Of a stretch of 32,000 nt of DNA, positions 1 to 8,178 are shown in pieces (position 1 is the stretch's first letter; every line of letters starts with the position of its first letter). This DNA is from Nitrosococcus oceani ATCC 19707. Its GTDB lineage: Bacteria; Pseudomonadota; Gammaproteobacteria; Nitrosococcales; Nitrosococcaceae. The stretch lies in contig NC_007484.1 of the NCBI RefSeq assembly GCF_000012805.1, positions 2,580,001 to 2,612,000 of the forward strand, read 5' to 3'. The position numbers and the translations under genes were made by a program. Under the pieces are notes generated by a model. It was not told the DNA's origin. It ran no database searches and was given only the letters and a program-made list of their open reading frames with translations.

Positions 1-354
1 ATCAAAAGGTTCTTCTGAGCGATAATCTTCCGCCCGGCTTAATACTAACTCAATGTTTTTTAACCCTAATCTCTGAACTTTTTGGCGCGCAATCTTCAGA
101 TACTCCTCCCGCAGCTCCACGCCAACGACCTGGCAGCCTGGATAGCGACTAGCAATCGCTAACGTAGAAATGCCCGTCCCGCAAGCCAAGTCCAAGATAC
201 GGCTAGCGTTGGGGGGCATAAGATTAACCATCCTGCGCTTCCAAAGGCGATCGATACCAAAGGTCGCAAAATTAACCATAAAATCATAGCTCTTACCGGT
301 GCCAGCAAAAAACCGCTGGACTAGCATCAATCTTGGATCAAGCTGTTTCATCAT
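1..354 (-). CDS. class I SAM-dependent methyltransferase (UbiE/COQ5-like), N-terminal 118 codons; 3' end runs off the window
   Basis: Minus-strand frame is open from the ATG at 352-354 to the window edge, so it is absent from the ORF track (no stop in window). My translation is MMKQLDPRLMLVQRFFAGTGKSYDFMVNFATFGIDRLWKRRMVNLMPPNASRILDLACGTGISTLAIASRYPGCQVVGVELREEYLKIARQK..., which contains SAM-binding motif I (LDLACGTG). Confidence 0.7.
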   Translation of the reverse strand, partial: MMKQLDPRLMLVQRFFAGTGKSYDFMVNFATFGIDRLWKRRMVNLMPPNASRILDLACGTGISTLAIASRYPGCQVVGVELREEYLKIARQKVQRLGLKNIELVLSRAEDYRSEEPFD

Positions 355-486
355 TTATTCCTGATAATCCATAATCTCTAGTAGCTGCGCCTGACACTCT
401 ACCGGCCTAGGTCCAGACCTCTACCCATATACTATACTTAGACAGATGCAACTGTGGTTACTTTTCCTTGATAGGAAAAGGTTTAA

Positions 487-792
487 ATGTCAAAATTTAG
501 CAAATTGAGTATAGAGCAAAATATTATGAAGCACGATAAAGATACCTTCGAAAAATTACTGGACAATCTCAAGCAACAACGTGATGAATTACGTGTGCAA
601 GTGCATCTAGCAAAGCTTGAGGCCCAAGAAGAATGGGAAGAAGTAGAAAAAAAATGGGATAAATTAAAGCCCACGCTGGATGCGATCCGTGATGAGACCA
701 TTGAAAGTTCAAAAAATATTTTTGCTTCCTTAGGTTCTATCGCTGAAGAAATCGAAAGCGGATATAAACGGATTAAAAAACACTTGGAATAA
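487..792 (+). CDS. hypothetical small charged, probably coiled-coil protein (101 aa)
   Basis: ORF track. The protein is K/E/L-rich with heptad-like character. An AAGG Shine-Dalgarno (SD) lies 5 nt upstream. No family recognised. Confidence 0.45.
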   Translation: MSKFSKLSIEQNIMKHDKDTFEKLLDNLKQQRDELRVQVHLAKLEAQEEWEEVEKKWDKLKPTLDAIRDETIESSKNIFASLGSIAEEIESGYKRIKKHLE

Positions 793-1501
793 GCCCTAGT
801 GCTGACTTAAAAAGCCAGCCATCACGGCATAAACGCTTGACCAATGCGAAAGGAATAGCAGATACGCTTTTTATTTTAAGATGTGCCCCAGAATAATTCG
901 AGATTTTCCTAGAAAACAGCTAGTGATAGCCGAATAGCTACCTGGAGGATAAATGATAGGGTAAAGATTTTCCAGGCACAAAATTACGCGGGCTTCTTTT
1001 GATACTGCGCATTGTAGTGAGCTGATGTCTGATATCCAATGGAGGCATGGCGGGCTTGCTAAACGCTTAGACACGATCTAGCATGAGTTTAGTTTAACCA
1101 CCCGCACTTTCATTTCCGCTATATCGTGATTTACTTTCTTCTCCTGCATCACTACGCGCGCTCTTCTTGCTCTCTTTCTGACTTGAGTTCGTGCCTCCAA
1201 TAGATTATATAAGACCTCTTCAGAATACTTAAAACCTAAAGCCAAACAACCTTGGTCTTCTCTGCAGGTAAAAACCTAGATTAGGCTTCCGAATTGAAAA
1301 CACTAGCCATAAAACCAAGCATCTCACCCACTCCAACGAACAGTCGCTGTAAAAATATTCGGACTAAACTAAAACTATAACCAAAAATCCATTTTAGAGG
1401 AGGTATGATAAGGGCGCAATAATTTAAAAACCAACAGACCCTCCCTGCCCCGCGATGACAGGATACTCAAGAAAAGTCTACCACTAAAGGTAAAAAGTAT
1501 T

Positions 1502-2245
1502 ATGGAATGGATTGCCGATCCTCAAGCGTGGATAGCATTGGCAACGCTTACCGCACTTGAAGTTGTTCTCGGTATAGACAATATCATTTTTATTTCTATA
1601 CTTGTTTCCCGATTACCTCTTCAGCAACGGGACAAAGCAAGGATCGCTGGCCTATCATTGGCAATGGGCATGCGTATTGCTCTACTGCTCTCCCTTGCAT
1701 GGGTCATGGGCCTCACAACTCCTCTTTTTTCAATATTGGGAGAAGAAATAACAGGGCGAGAGATTATTCTCATTGGCGGCGGACTTTTCTTGTTAGCAAA
1801 AAGCACCATTGAAATTCACAATAGCCTTGAAGGAACGGAAGAGCACACTCAAAGCTCGCAAGCAGTAAGTTTCGGGGTAATTCTTGCTCAGATTGCCGTT
1901 TTAGACATCGTATTTTCCCTCGATTCAGTGATCACAGCTATTGGAATGGTAAGCCAAATCCCCGTCATGGTCATTGCCATCGTTATCGCGATTCTTATCA
2001 TGATGGTTGCCTCCAAATCCATTGGGGAATTTGTGGACACCCATCCTACTATAAAGATGCTTGCCTTAAGCTTTTTGGTATTAATCGGGGTCACTTTGAT
2101 TGCTGAAGGCTTTGAGCTGCATATTCCAAAAGGATATATTTACTTCTCCATGGCCTTCTCCGTAGCAGTGGAAATGCTCAACTTGCGTCGCCGGAAAAAA
2201 CAACAAGCAGCCAGATCTCCAATTAAACTCTATAGACGGTTGTAA
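1502..2245 (+). CDS. TerC family integral membrane protein
   Basis: 247 aa, multi-pass hydrophobic. The N-terminal LEVVLGIDNIIFISIL and later LDIVFSLDSVITAIGM motifs are the paired TerC-family signatures. Confidence 0.85.
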   Translation: MEWIADPQAWIALATLTALEVVLGIDNIIFISILVSRLPLQQRDKARIAGLSLAMGMRIALLLSLAWVMGLTTPLFSILGEEITGREIILIGGGLFLLAKSTIEIHNSLEGTEEHTQSSQAVSFGVILAQIAVLDIVFSLDSVITAIGMVSQIPVMVIAIVIAILIMMVASKSIGEFVDTHPTIKMLALSFLVLIGVTLIAEGFELHIPKGYIYFSMAFSVAVEMLNLRRRKKQQAARSPIKLYRRL

Positions 2246-2270
2246 GACAGATCGATATAAGGAAAAGTAG

Positions 2271-2591
2271 ATGGCGTGGACTCATCTTGTCGTCGCTGGA
2301 TTGCTAGAAATCGTCTGGGCCATTGGGCTAAAATATACTATGGGCTTCACCAAATTTTGGCCAAGCGTTTTTACTGTTATAGCGATGATCGCTAGCTTTT
2401 ATTTTCTTTCCCAAGCATTAAAAGTTATTCCTATAGGCACGGGATACGCTATGTGGACAGGAATCGGCGTCGCTGGCACGGCTGTCTTGGGGATTATTCT
2501 TTTCTCGGAATCGGCTGCGCTGCCTCGCTTAGCATGTATCGCCCTGATTGTAGCCGGCATTATTGGATTGAAACTTACCTCATCTGATTAG
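2271..2591 (+). CDS. sugE: SMR family small multidrug resistance / guanidinium exporter (SugE/Gdx-like)
   Basis: 106 aa with four TM segments. Contains the N-terminal AGLLEIVWAIGLKY with the conserved membrane Glu and the YAMWTGIG motif typical of the SugE/Gdx subgroup. Confidence 0.85.
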   Translation: MAWTHLVVAGLLEIVWAIGLKYTMGFTKFWPSVFTVIAMIASFYFLSQALKVIPIGTGYAMWTGIGVAGTAVLGIILFSESAALPRLACIALIVAGIIGLKLTSSD

Positions 2592-2651
2592 ATTTAAGTC
2601 AATATTAAGACACAATTGACTCGGCGATACATTTCTTCCTTGACTGGCTCA

Positions 2652-3665
2652 TTACTCTTCTGACCGCTTACTCTCTATATCTGTTTCTTTATCCCTACAG
2701 CCGTCTGAAGTGATTCTCCCAGCTGCTTCAGACGCCAACAACTTCTCAACAGCCACGCGTAACGCCAGATTTTGACGCTCGATTTTACGCCGCTCGTTCT
2801 GTAAGGAGCGCAGCAGCGACGCAACCATAAAAACCATCAATATCATAAAGGGAAAAGCAGCAATGATGGAAATCGTCATAGCAGCGATAATGAAGTCGGT
2901 GGGACCGGCGAAAAAAACGAATAATAATAGCCCAGCCGCCAGCAGCATATTCAAATCACTGACGTAACGCACCCCTTTTTCCAAGGGAGTCAAAGCGCTC
3001 AACAGGAACACCACGGCTATACCGGCAAGAATCGCCAATTGTTGAGGGACACCAAACGCTAGATCAGAAACCGTGATAAGGCCGCTGTTGATCTGAATGA
3101 CTCCCATCCCCACTGTGGTGGCTACCCCAAACACGGTAGAGACTACTGCCAGTATATCAATAGCCTTGCCTAAAAGCCCCTCAACCCGGCTGCCAAGACT
3201 ATCGCGGAAAGCCTCGCTAATCAGGGCGCCTCGGGAACAACGGAAGCGAACATAGGCAATGGCTAGCGCCACGACAGCAAAATTAGCCTACTGATGGAAA
3301 CCCCAGTGAAAAAGGGAGTAGCGCAGCCCTAAACTGGCAGCTTCCGGCATCCGCGCTGGCGCCTGGTGCAGGGGTGGGTCCACGTAGTGCGTCATGGGTT
3401 CAGCCACTCCCCAAAATACCAACCCTACCCCCATGCCAGCGGAGAAAATCATGTCTAGCCAGGTAGGGAAAGAGAATTCCGGCTCTTCTCCTTCGGCCCC
3501 AAGCCTCAACTTGCCATGATCACTGATAGCTACTCCCACGCAAAATACCAGAAAACCAGTAGTGACGAACAAATATAACCAGCCAAAATGCCGGGTGGTG
3601 AAATGCAATACGCCTTGAGACCATAGGGACAGATCGCCAGGCCAAAATATTCCTGCAAGCGAACA
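2652..3665 (-). pseudogene. BCCT (betaine/carnitine/choline) family transporter pseudogene
   Basis: ORFs 3288-3608 and 2652-3272 are in the same frame, separated only by an in-frame TAG at 3288-3290 (HWGFHQ*ANFAVVALAIAY, where BCCT proteins have a Trp). BCCT signatures are present: FSAGMGVGLVFWGVAEP and IDILAVVSTVFGVATTVGMG. Total length is far short of a full BCCT protein. After GPTDFI the sequence jumps to a C-terminal-like TM, implying an internal deletion. The N-terminus lacks an ATG and hits a stop near 3666. Confidence 0.8.
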
Positions 3666-3814
3666 TCAGTTTCTCAAAATTAATCGGCTTTCCATCTACC
3701 GTTTTGCCCGATACTATACTAGCAGCTTGTTTTTGATATGCCTCAACACAATCAAGCGGCTATGGACACAACATAAGATAAGACCAGAGATACTGTATCT
3801 AGCATATACTCGCC

Positions 3815-3868
3815 CACGATATAGCAACTCTTTCGGCATTACACGATATAGCAACTCTTTCGGCATTA
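3815..3868. repeat. perfect tandem duplication, 2 x 27 bp (CACGATATAGCAACTCTTTCGGCATTA)
   Basis: Units 3815-3841 and 3842-3868 are identical 27/27 and directly abutting. They lie 64 bp upstream of the amidotransferase start. Confidence 0.95.
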
Positions 3869-3931
3869 AAGGAGAAAAAAGAATAATTTTATGTAGAGTG
3901 TATTATTATTTACTCAAAAATAAATAAAGCA

Positions 3932-4633
3932 ATGCAAATTCATTACTTTCAACACGTACCCTTCGAGAAGCCCGCCAATATTGAAAAATGGGCAAGAGCT
4001 CATCACCATCCATTGTCGGCTACCCAATTTTATCGTGGCGATCCTCTACCCGACATCAAAGCTATTGATTGGCTGGTGGTGATAGGTGGCCCTATGAATG
4101 TTTACGAAGAAACTACCTACCCCTGGCTAGCACAGGAAAAAAAATTTATTGAACAAGCCATTAAAGAAGATAAAGTTGTGATTGGAATTTGTCTAGGAGC
4201 CCAATTAATTGCCGATGTGCTAGGCGCAAAAATATTTCCAAATCCATATAAGGAGATTGGCTGGTTTCCCGTCCAATTCACGGCGGAAGCCCATGCTTCA
4301 TCCTTGCTTAGCTTCTTACCCCGGGAGCTCAGAGTTTTTCACTGGCATGGGGATACTTTTGAATTACCATCGGGCGCTATCCGATTAGCCCGAAACGAAG
4401 CCTGTCATAACCAGGGATTTATTTATAATAAGAAAGTGCTAGCTTTACAGTTTCACCTTGAAGTCAGATTAGAGAATGTACAGCAAATCATCGCCCATTG
4501 TGGAAATGAACTTATAGAGGACAGGTATATCCAAAAACCAGAAGAGATGCTATCCCAGAGGGAAGATTTCAGAAAAATTAATGGTGCTATGAAAGGTATT
4601 TTAGACAGACTTTTCCAGCAAACTGCTTCTTAA
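3932..4633 (+). CDS. class I glutamine amidotransferase-like protein (GMP synthase-type GATase domain only)
   Basis: 233 aa. Has the nucleophile elbow GICLGAQLIA and a downstream FHWHGD/FHLE region typical of triad GATase domains. Confidence 0.8.
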   Translation: MQIHYFQHVPFEKPANIEKWARAHHHPLSATQFYRGDPLPDIKAIDWLVVIGGPMNVYEETTYPWLAQEKKFIEQAIKEDKVVIGICLGAQLIADVLGAKIFPNPYKEIGWFPVQFTAEAHASSLLSFLPRELRVFHWHGDTFELPSGAIRLARNEACHNQGFIYNKKVLALQFHLEVRLENVQQIIAHCGNELIEDRYIQKPEEMLSQREDFRKINGAMKGILDRLFQQTAS

Positions 4634-4796
4634 GTTCTGCAATATATCTATATATCTATGAATAAAATAACAAGGGTAAGATGGAGCGAGGGGGTACTCG
4701 TACTCGCCAGAGGAATCGTAGATGAGGGTCGTCTTTTCGGGTTCGGAGATGGGCGACCAGGTTAGTTCGTAGAAAAGAAGTTCCCGTGTTCCCGCC

Positions 4797-5081
4797 TTGG
4801 AGTCCTCTATAGATGGTGAACGCACCCCCCAGCGAGCGTGCGAAGCGTAGCGGCGCATCGAGCGCTAGTTTTACCATGAATTCCCGCGATGATTTTCTCG
4901 TTGCCACAAGCGCGACCTATCCTCGGGAGGAGGAGAAGTGATGCGCGTGGAGGGTGATACCCAACCGGGGGCCTTGCGCGCTAAGTCGTGGCCAGCCCAA
5001 GGCACCCATTGAAGCGCGAATTCTCCAGGCGGATGAGGTTTTGTAGGAACAAAATCGACATCAGTCATGGTGAAACTCCAA
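4797..5081 (-). repeat. dispersed repeat family, copy A (285 bp)
   Basis: The reverse complement starts TTGGAGTTTCACCATGACTGATGTCGATTTTG... and is near-identical to 24755-24960 over about 200 nt. It ends ...GGGGGGTGCGTTCACCATCTATAGAGGACTCCAA. Similarity to copies B and C stops at both boundaries. Confidence 0.75.
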
Positions 5082-5288
5082 GTTCCAGTAGCGGTACAGG
5101 CACAAGGTGCCCAGCTCATCAGAACAAATGACGGGGACAGGATGATATTCCGGCGCTATTGCGAGATTTTTAGGTGAGAGCGGGAGGAGGGTCAGATCTT
5201 TTGTGCTTTCCACAGTGACGTCGAGGCCCATGGCCTTGGCCAAATTCTCGACCAGTCCGAGGACATAGTCTGGTTGGAATTTGCCGTC

Positions 5289-5390
5289 TATTTTAAACTG
5301 GGGATGACTGCCGGCGATTGTCCAGCTATTCAAAAAACCGGCGCCGAAGGCACCATCATCGCCACCACCGGAAATAGCAAGGAATACCGC
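5289..5390 (-). pseudogene. patatin-like phospholipase gene fragment (oxyanion-hole region only)
   Basis: Inside ORF 5061-5522, the segment AVFLAISGGGDDGAFGAGFLNSWTIAGSHPQFKI matches the N-terminal GGGxxG(A)FGAG..L.GW block of patatin-like lipoproteins. No serine-hydrolase GxSxG follows. Confidence 0.45.
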
Positions 5391-5760
5391 GCGCAGTGGG
5401 AAACACGTTATCCTTATCACCCCACCCACGCCCCCGAGCAGGCGCTCGAGGACTATCGCCAATGCTGGCAAACGGAATGTCTGCTTGCGGTGATGAAGCT
5501 CCGGGGCTTCCCTCGAAGACACGCAAATATCACCGATCCAAACCGGGTCGCTCGATTGCTCGCGGTCATGACCTTGGCGCTGTGCTGGTGCTATAAGGTG
5601 GGGCTCTGGTTAGAGCGGCAACAACCCATTGAGATCAAAAAACATCAGCGCCGCGCTTGTAGTGGGGCCCGTTTGGGCCTGGATACGGTGCGCCAGGCTT
5701 TGCTCAATGGCGCTTCACAAGCACGCTTGATAGGCTACTGTATTCACTTCCTTTTCGATA
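5382..5760 (+). pseudogene. IS4-family DDE transposase C-terminal remnant
   Basis: Inside ORF 5274-5849, YRQCWQTECLLAVMKLRGF...ITDPNRVARLLAVMTLALCWCYKVGLW...IEIKKHQRRACSGARLGLD matches the Y-x2-R-x3-E-x6-K block and the following helix of IS4-type transposases. The N-terminal roughly two thirds of a transposase are absent. Confidence 0.6.
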
Positions 5761-5819
5761 AAAAGACCATCACATGGCAAACTCTTAGGAAAACGCTTTG
5801 TTTTTGTACCGTACTGAGG

Positions 5820-6356
5820 TTAATAGTTATGATTCAAGCGTTTTATTAGTTCTCCAGCTATTTCATTTGCTGTTTCGGAGAGGTTTTTTCTCATAACGCG
5901 ATCCATAACTGAACCACGCTGACCTCCCCAACCATTTTGCCACGTAATTGCAGCGATTATATGACCGCCCGAGGTGTTAGTAATGCGAACGCTAGCACTT
6001 TCTGGCGTGCCATCTTTGGCATCCACGGCTTTTGCCGCAGGAACAGCATCAATACCTTTTTCTTGTAGTGCTGCAAATCCTTGCGAGGAGGTAACCTCAA
6101 ATTCTTTTAATCCAGCCCGAGCTAAGATCGTAGTTGCTTCATTTGAATCAATAACTGTGAGGCCCCGGTTAAAAAGCTCTACACTAATAGCCTCACCAAG
6201 GACACCAGAACCAGGGGCAATCGCTATCCTTGAAATTGATTGGGGAGAGTGTGCTAACGGCTGGGTTAACGAGACCTTAGAACCCGCACAAGCAGTGAGA
6301 AAGAAGACGCCCACTAGAACAACAATTCCATTTCTAATTCTTCTATTATCTACCAA
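5820..6356 (-). CDS. hypothetical lipoprotein
   Basis: 178 aa. The N-terminus has a signal peptide with lipobox (VGVFFLTAC). No family recognised. Confidence 0.6.
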   Translation of the reverse strand: MVDNRRIRNGIVVLVGVFFLTACAGSKVSLTQPLAHSPQSISRIAIAPGSGVLGEAISVELFNRGLTVIDSNEATTILARAGLKEFEVTSSQGFAALQEKGIDAVPAAKAVDAKDGTPESASVRITNTSGGHIIAAITWQNGWGGQRGSVMDRVMRKNLSETANEIAGELIKRLNHNY

Positions 6357-6511
6357 CTCTTTAAACGCCCTTTTGATCTATATCCTATAAAGTAGGGTAT
6401 CGGCCTTTTGGTAAAAAGGCTAAGCGTAGATATATTTCGTCTGAAAGTAGCCCCAGGGTGGCCCCAAACTAAAAAGGCTCACGCCTAATTGGTGTAAGAC
6501 TTTGATTTTAC

Positions 6512-6560
6512 TGGTGGGCCATCAAGGACTCGAACCTTGAAGCAACTGATTAAGAGTCAG
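6512..6560 (-). repeat. 49-bp partial copy of the tRNA-Lys(CTT) 3' half (distal att-type direct repeat)
   Basis: 6512-6560 equals 13020-13068 at 48 of 49 positions (6542 G versus 13050 C). The copy covers the CCA end, T-arm, variable loop and anticodon loop, with no 5' half. Confidence 0.9.
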
Positions 6561-6715
6561 AATACCTTTCTTTTTACCTACCCTTACCTAGTTTTAACTT
6601 TTTTTAATACCCCTTTCCCATCATGGCGTTATCGTCTATATTAGTCCCTGCTATTTTTATTTAGTTTTATATAGCGTACTTACGAGGCGCTTACAGGGTT
6701 AAAAAGAGGTTGCCC

Positions 6716-7936
6716 ATGAAACCCGCACCACAGAGAACCAAGCTTACCAAGACGGTCGTTGATCGCCTGCCCGCGCCTACGAGGGGCCAAGCTTTCTATT
6801 GGGACAGCGCGCTACCCTGCTTTGGCGTGCGGGTATCGGCGGGAGGCGTGAAGTCATTTGTTATTCAAAAGCGCATTCAAGGCCGGGAGAAACGAATCAC
6901 GCTAGGCAAGTACGGCCATTTAACACTCATGCAGGCCCGCAAGGAGGCCGCGCGGCTGTTAGGGGAAATTGCCGTAGGACGCAACCCATTAGCTGAGAAG
7001 GCGCAAGCAAAACTACGGGCCGTGACGCTCGGCGAGGCGCTTGAGCACTATCTAACCTCAAGGCCACTGAAAGCGCGCACCATTCAGGGAACGCGGCACA
7101 CCATGGGAAAGTGCTTTAGTGACTGGATGAAGCGCCCCCTGACAAGCATTACCAGGGATAAAGTCGCCGCCAGGCATAAGCAGCTAGGCACCGCTAGCAA
7201 GTCCCACGCTAACTTAGCTATGCGGTATTTAAGGGCTGTCTTCAACTTCGCCATGGCGGACTATACCGATAACGAAGGCCGCCCTGTGATTGCGGATAAC
7301 CCCGTCAACCGCTTGTCCGAGGCTAGAACCTGGTTCCGGGTAGAGCGCAGGCGCACGGTGATAAAGTCCCACGAGTTAAAGCCCTGGATGCAGGCCGTAC
7401 AGAGGCTAGAGAATGGGGCAGCCCGTGACTACTTTATGTTGGTATTGCTAACGGGCCTTCGACGCACCGAGGCGCTTAATTTACGCTGGCAGAACGTGGA
7501 CTTAGTCGCTAACACCCTTACAGTCCAGGACACCAAGAACCACCAGGCCCACACCCTGCCCCTATCCGACTACCTGACGGAGATGCTAGCGGCACGGCTA
7601 GAGGATACCTATAGCGAGTATGTGTTCAGCACCTCCAGGGGACGGCTTTCCAACCTGAGAGGCCCGCTTGCTGAGGTAAGGAGCTATGCGGGTATATCGT
7701 TTTCTATCCATGACTTAAGGCGCACCTTCGCCACTGTGGCGGACTCCCTGGATGTGCCAGGCTACGCCGTTAAAGCACTCCTTAACCATAAGGCGGCTAA
7801 TGATGTGACGGCGGGCTATATCGTGGTGGATACGGAAAGGCTACGCGCCCCCATGCAGAAGATTACCGACTTTATGTTAAGGGCAGGCGGCTTATGGGAA
7901 GGGGGCGAAGTGGTGGAGCTTAGGCAGTACGGATGA
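6716..7936 (+). CDS. int: P4-type tyrosine integrase (DUF4102 arm-binding domain + phage integrase catalytic domain)
   Basis: N-terminus LTKTVVDRLPAP..FYWDSALPCFGVRVSAGGVKSFVIQKR is a DUF4102-type fold. The C-terminus has LLTGLRRTE, HDLRRTFAT and LNHK...TAGYI (R..HxxR..Y). I prefer the ATG at 6716 (AAGAGG SD 7 nt upstream) over the track's TTG at 6710. Confidence 0.9.
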   Translation: MKPAPQRTKLTKTVVDRLPAPTRGQAFYWDSALPCFGVRVSAGGVKSFVIQKRIQGREKRITLGKYGHLTLMQARKEAARLLGEIAVGRNPLAEKAQAKLRAVTLGEALEHYLTSRPLKARTIQGTRHTMGKCFSDWMKRPLTSITRDKVAARHKQLGTASKSHANLAMRYLRAVFNFAMADYTDNEGRPVIADNPVNRLSEARTWFRVERRRTVIKSHELKPWMQAVQRLENGAARDYFMLVLLTGLRRTEALNLRWQNVDLVANTLTVQDTKNHQAHTLPLSDYLTEMLAARLEDTYSEYVFSTSRGRLSNLRGPLAEVRSYAGISFSIHDLRRTFATVADSLDVPGYAVKALLNHKAANDVTAGYIVVDTERLRAPMQKITDFMLRAGGLWEGGEVVELRQYG

Positions 7937-8178
7937 CCAGGCGCGAGAAGTTGCTAGAGGCTATTTGCACCAATCCCAAAGCAGTCCGGTTTGAAGATGC
8001 CTGCCAGGCCGCTAAGCACTTAGGCTTTATTCATCATGGCGGGAAAGGCTCTCACAGGGCATTCAAACGAAAGGGGGAACCCGTGCAGCTTAACTTCCAA
8101 AACCGCCAAGGGACTATTCCACCTTATCAGGCGCGGCAATTGATAGCGATGATACGCAAGTACGGAGGCAACCGATGA
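7933..8178 (+). CDS. hicA: HicA-family type II toxin (mRNA interferase)
   Basis: 81 aa. Contains GGKGSHRAFKRKGEPVQLNFQNRQGTIPPYQARQLIAMI, the HicA/YcfA GSH motif and fold pattern. Its ATG overlaps the int stop (ATGA). Confidence 0.75.
   Translation: MTRREKLLEAICTNPKAVRFEDACQAAKHLGFIHHGGKGSHRAFKRKGEPVQLNFQNRQGTIPPYQARQLIAMIRKYGGNR

Noticed and set aside
871-1074. 67-aa minus-strand ORF and an adjacent frame (…EVLYNLLEARTQVRKRARRARVVMQEKK…) in the long intergenic region.
   Set aside because: There is no start context, no recognisable family, and the frames are short. It is possibly pseudogene debris, but that is unsupported.
1075-1501. Expected Mn2+ (yybP-ykoY) riboswitch or leader peptide in the roughly 700-bp non-coding region upstream of the TerC-family gene. 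This includes a 5-codon mini-ORF (ATG at 1405, stop at 1420-1422) behind a GAGGAGG.
   Set aside because: I could not find the conserved yybP-ykoY loop sequences in the sense orientation. A G-rich stretch appears only on the opposite strand. The SD-like GAGGAGG ends 1 nt before the mini-ORF ATG, which is too close for initiation. A cmsearch with RF00080 would settle it.
2246-2270. Guanidine riboswitch upstream of the SugE/Gdx-like gene.
   Set aside because: Only 25 nt separate it from the TerC-family stop, leaving no room for any guanidine riboswitch class. The gene looks co-transcribed with the TerC gene.
2592-2651. Hairpin AGTCAAT-N11-ATTGACT between the convergent sugE and BCCT pseudogene, as a bidirectional terminator.
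   Set aside because: It has a 7-bp AT-rich stem, an 11-nt loop and no flanking U or A tracts, which is too weak to call.
3815-3868. Possible CRISPR array.
   Set aside because: There are only two units, directly abutting with no spacer and no further repeats. This is a tandem duplication, not a CRISPR array. No CRISPR array is visible anywhere in the window.
3727-3927. 66-aa track ORF.
   Set aside because: Its translation simply reads through the 27-bp tandem duplication (RYSNSFGI twice). It has no SD, sits in an AT-rich leader, and is most likely non-coding.
4640-5085. Group II intron fragment, retron msr/msd, or integron attC cassette as the identity of the repeat family.
   Set aside because: There is no GUGYG 5' end, no domain V-like hairpin or AY 3' end, and no reverse transcriptase ORF nearby. 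The copies are dispersed singly between housekeeping genes rather than arrayed next to an integron integrase. No GTTRRRY/RYYYAAC core sites are evident.
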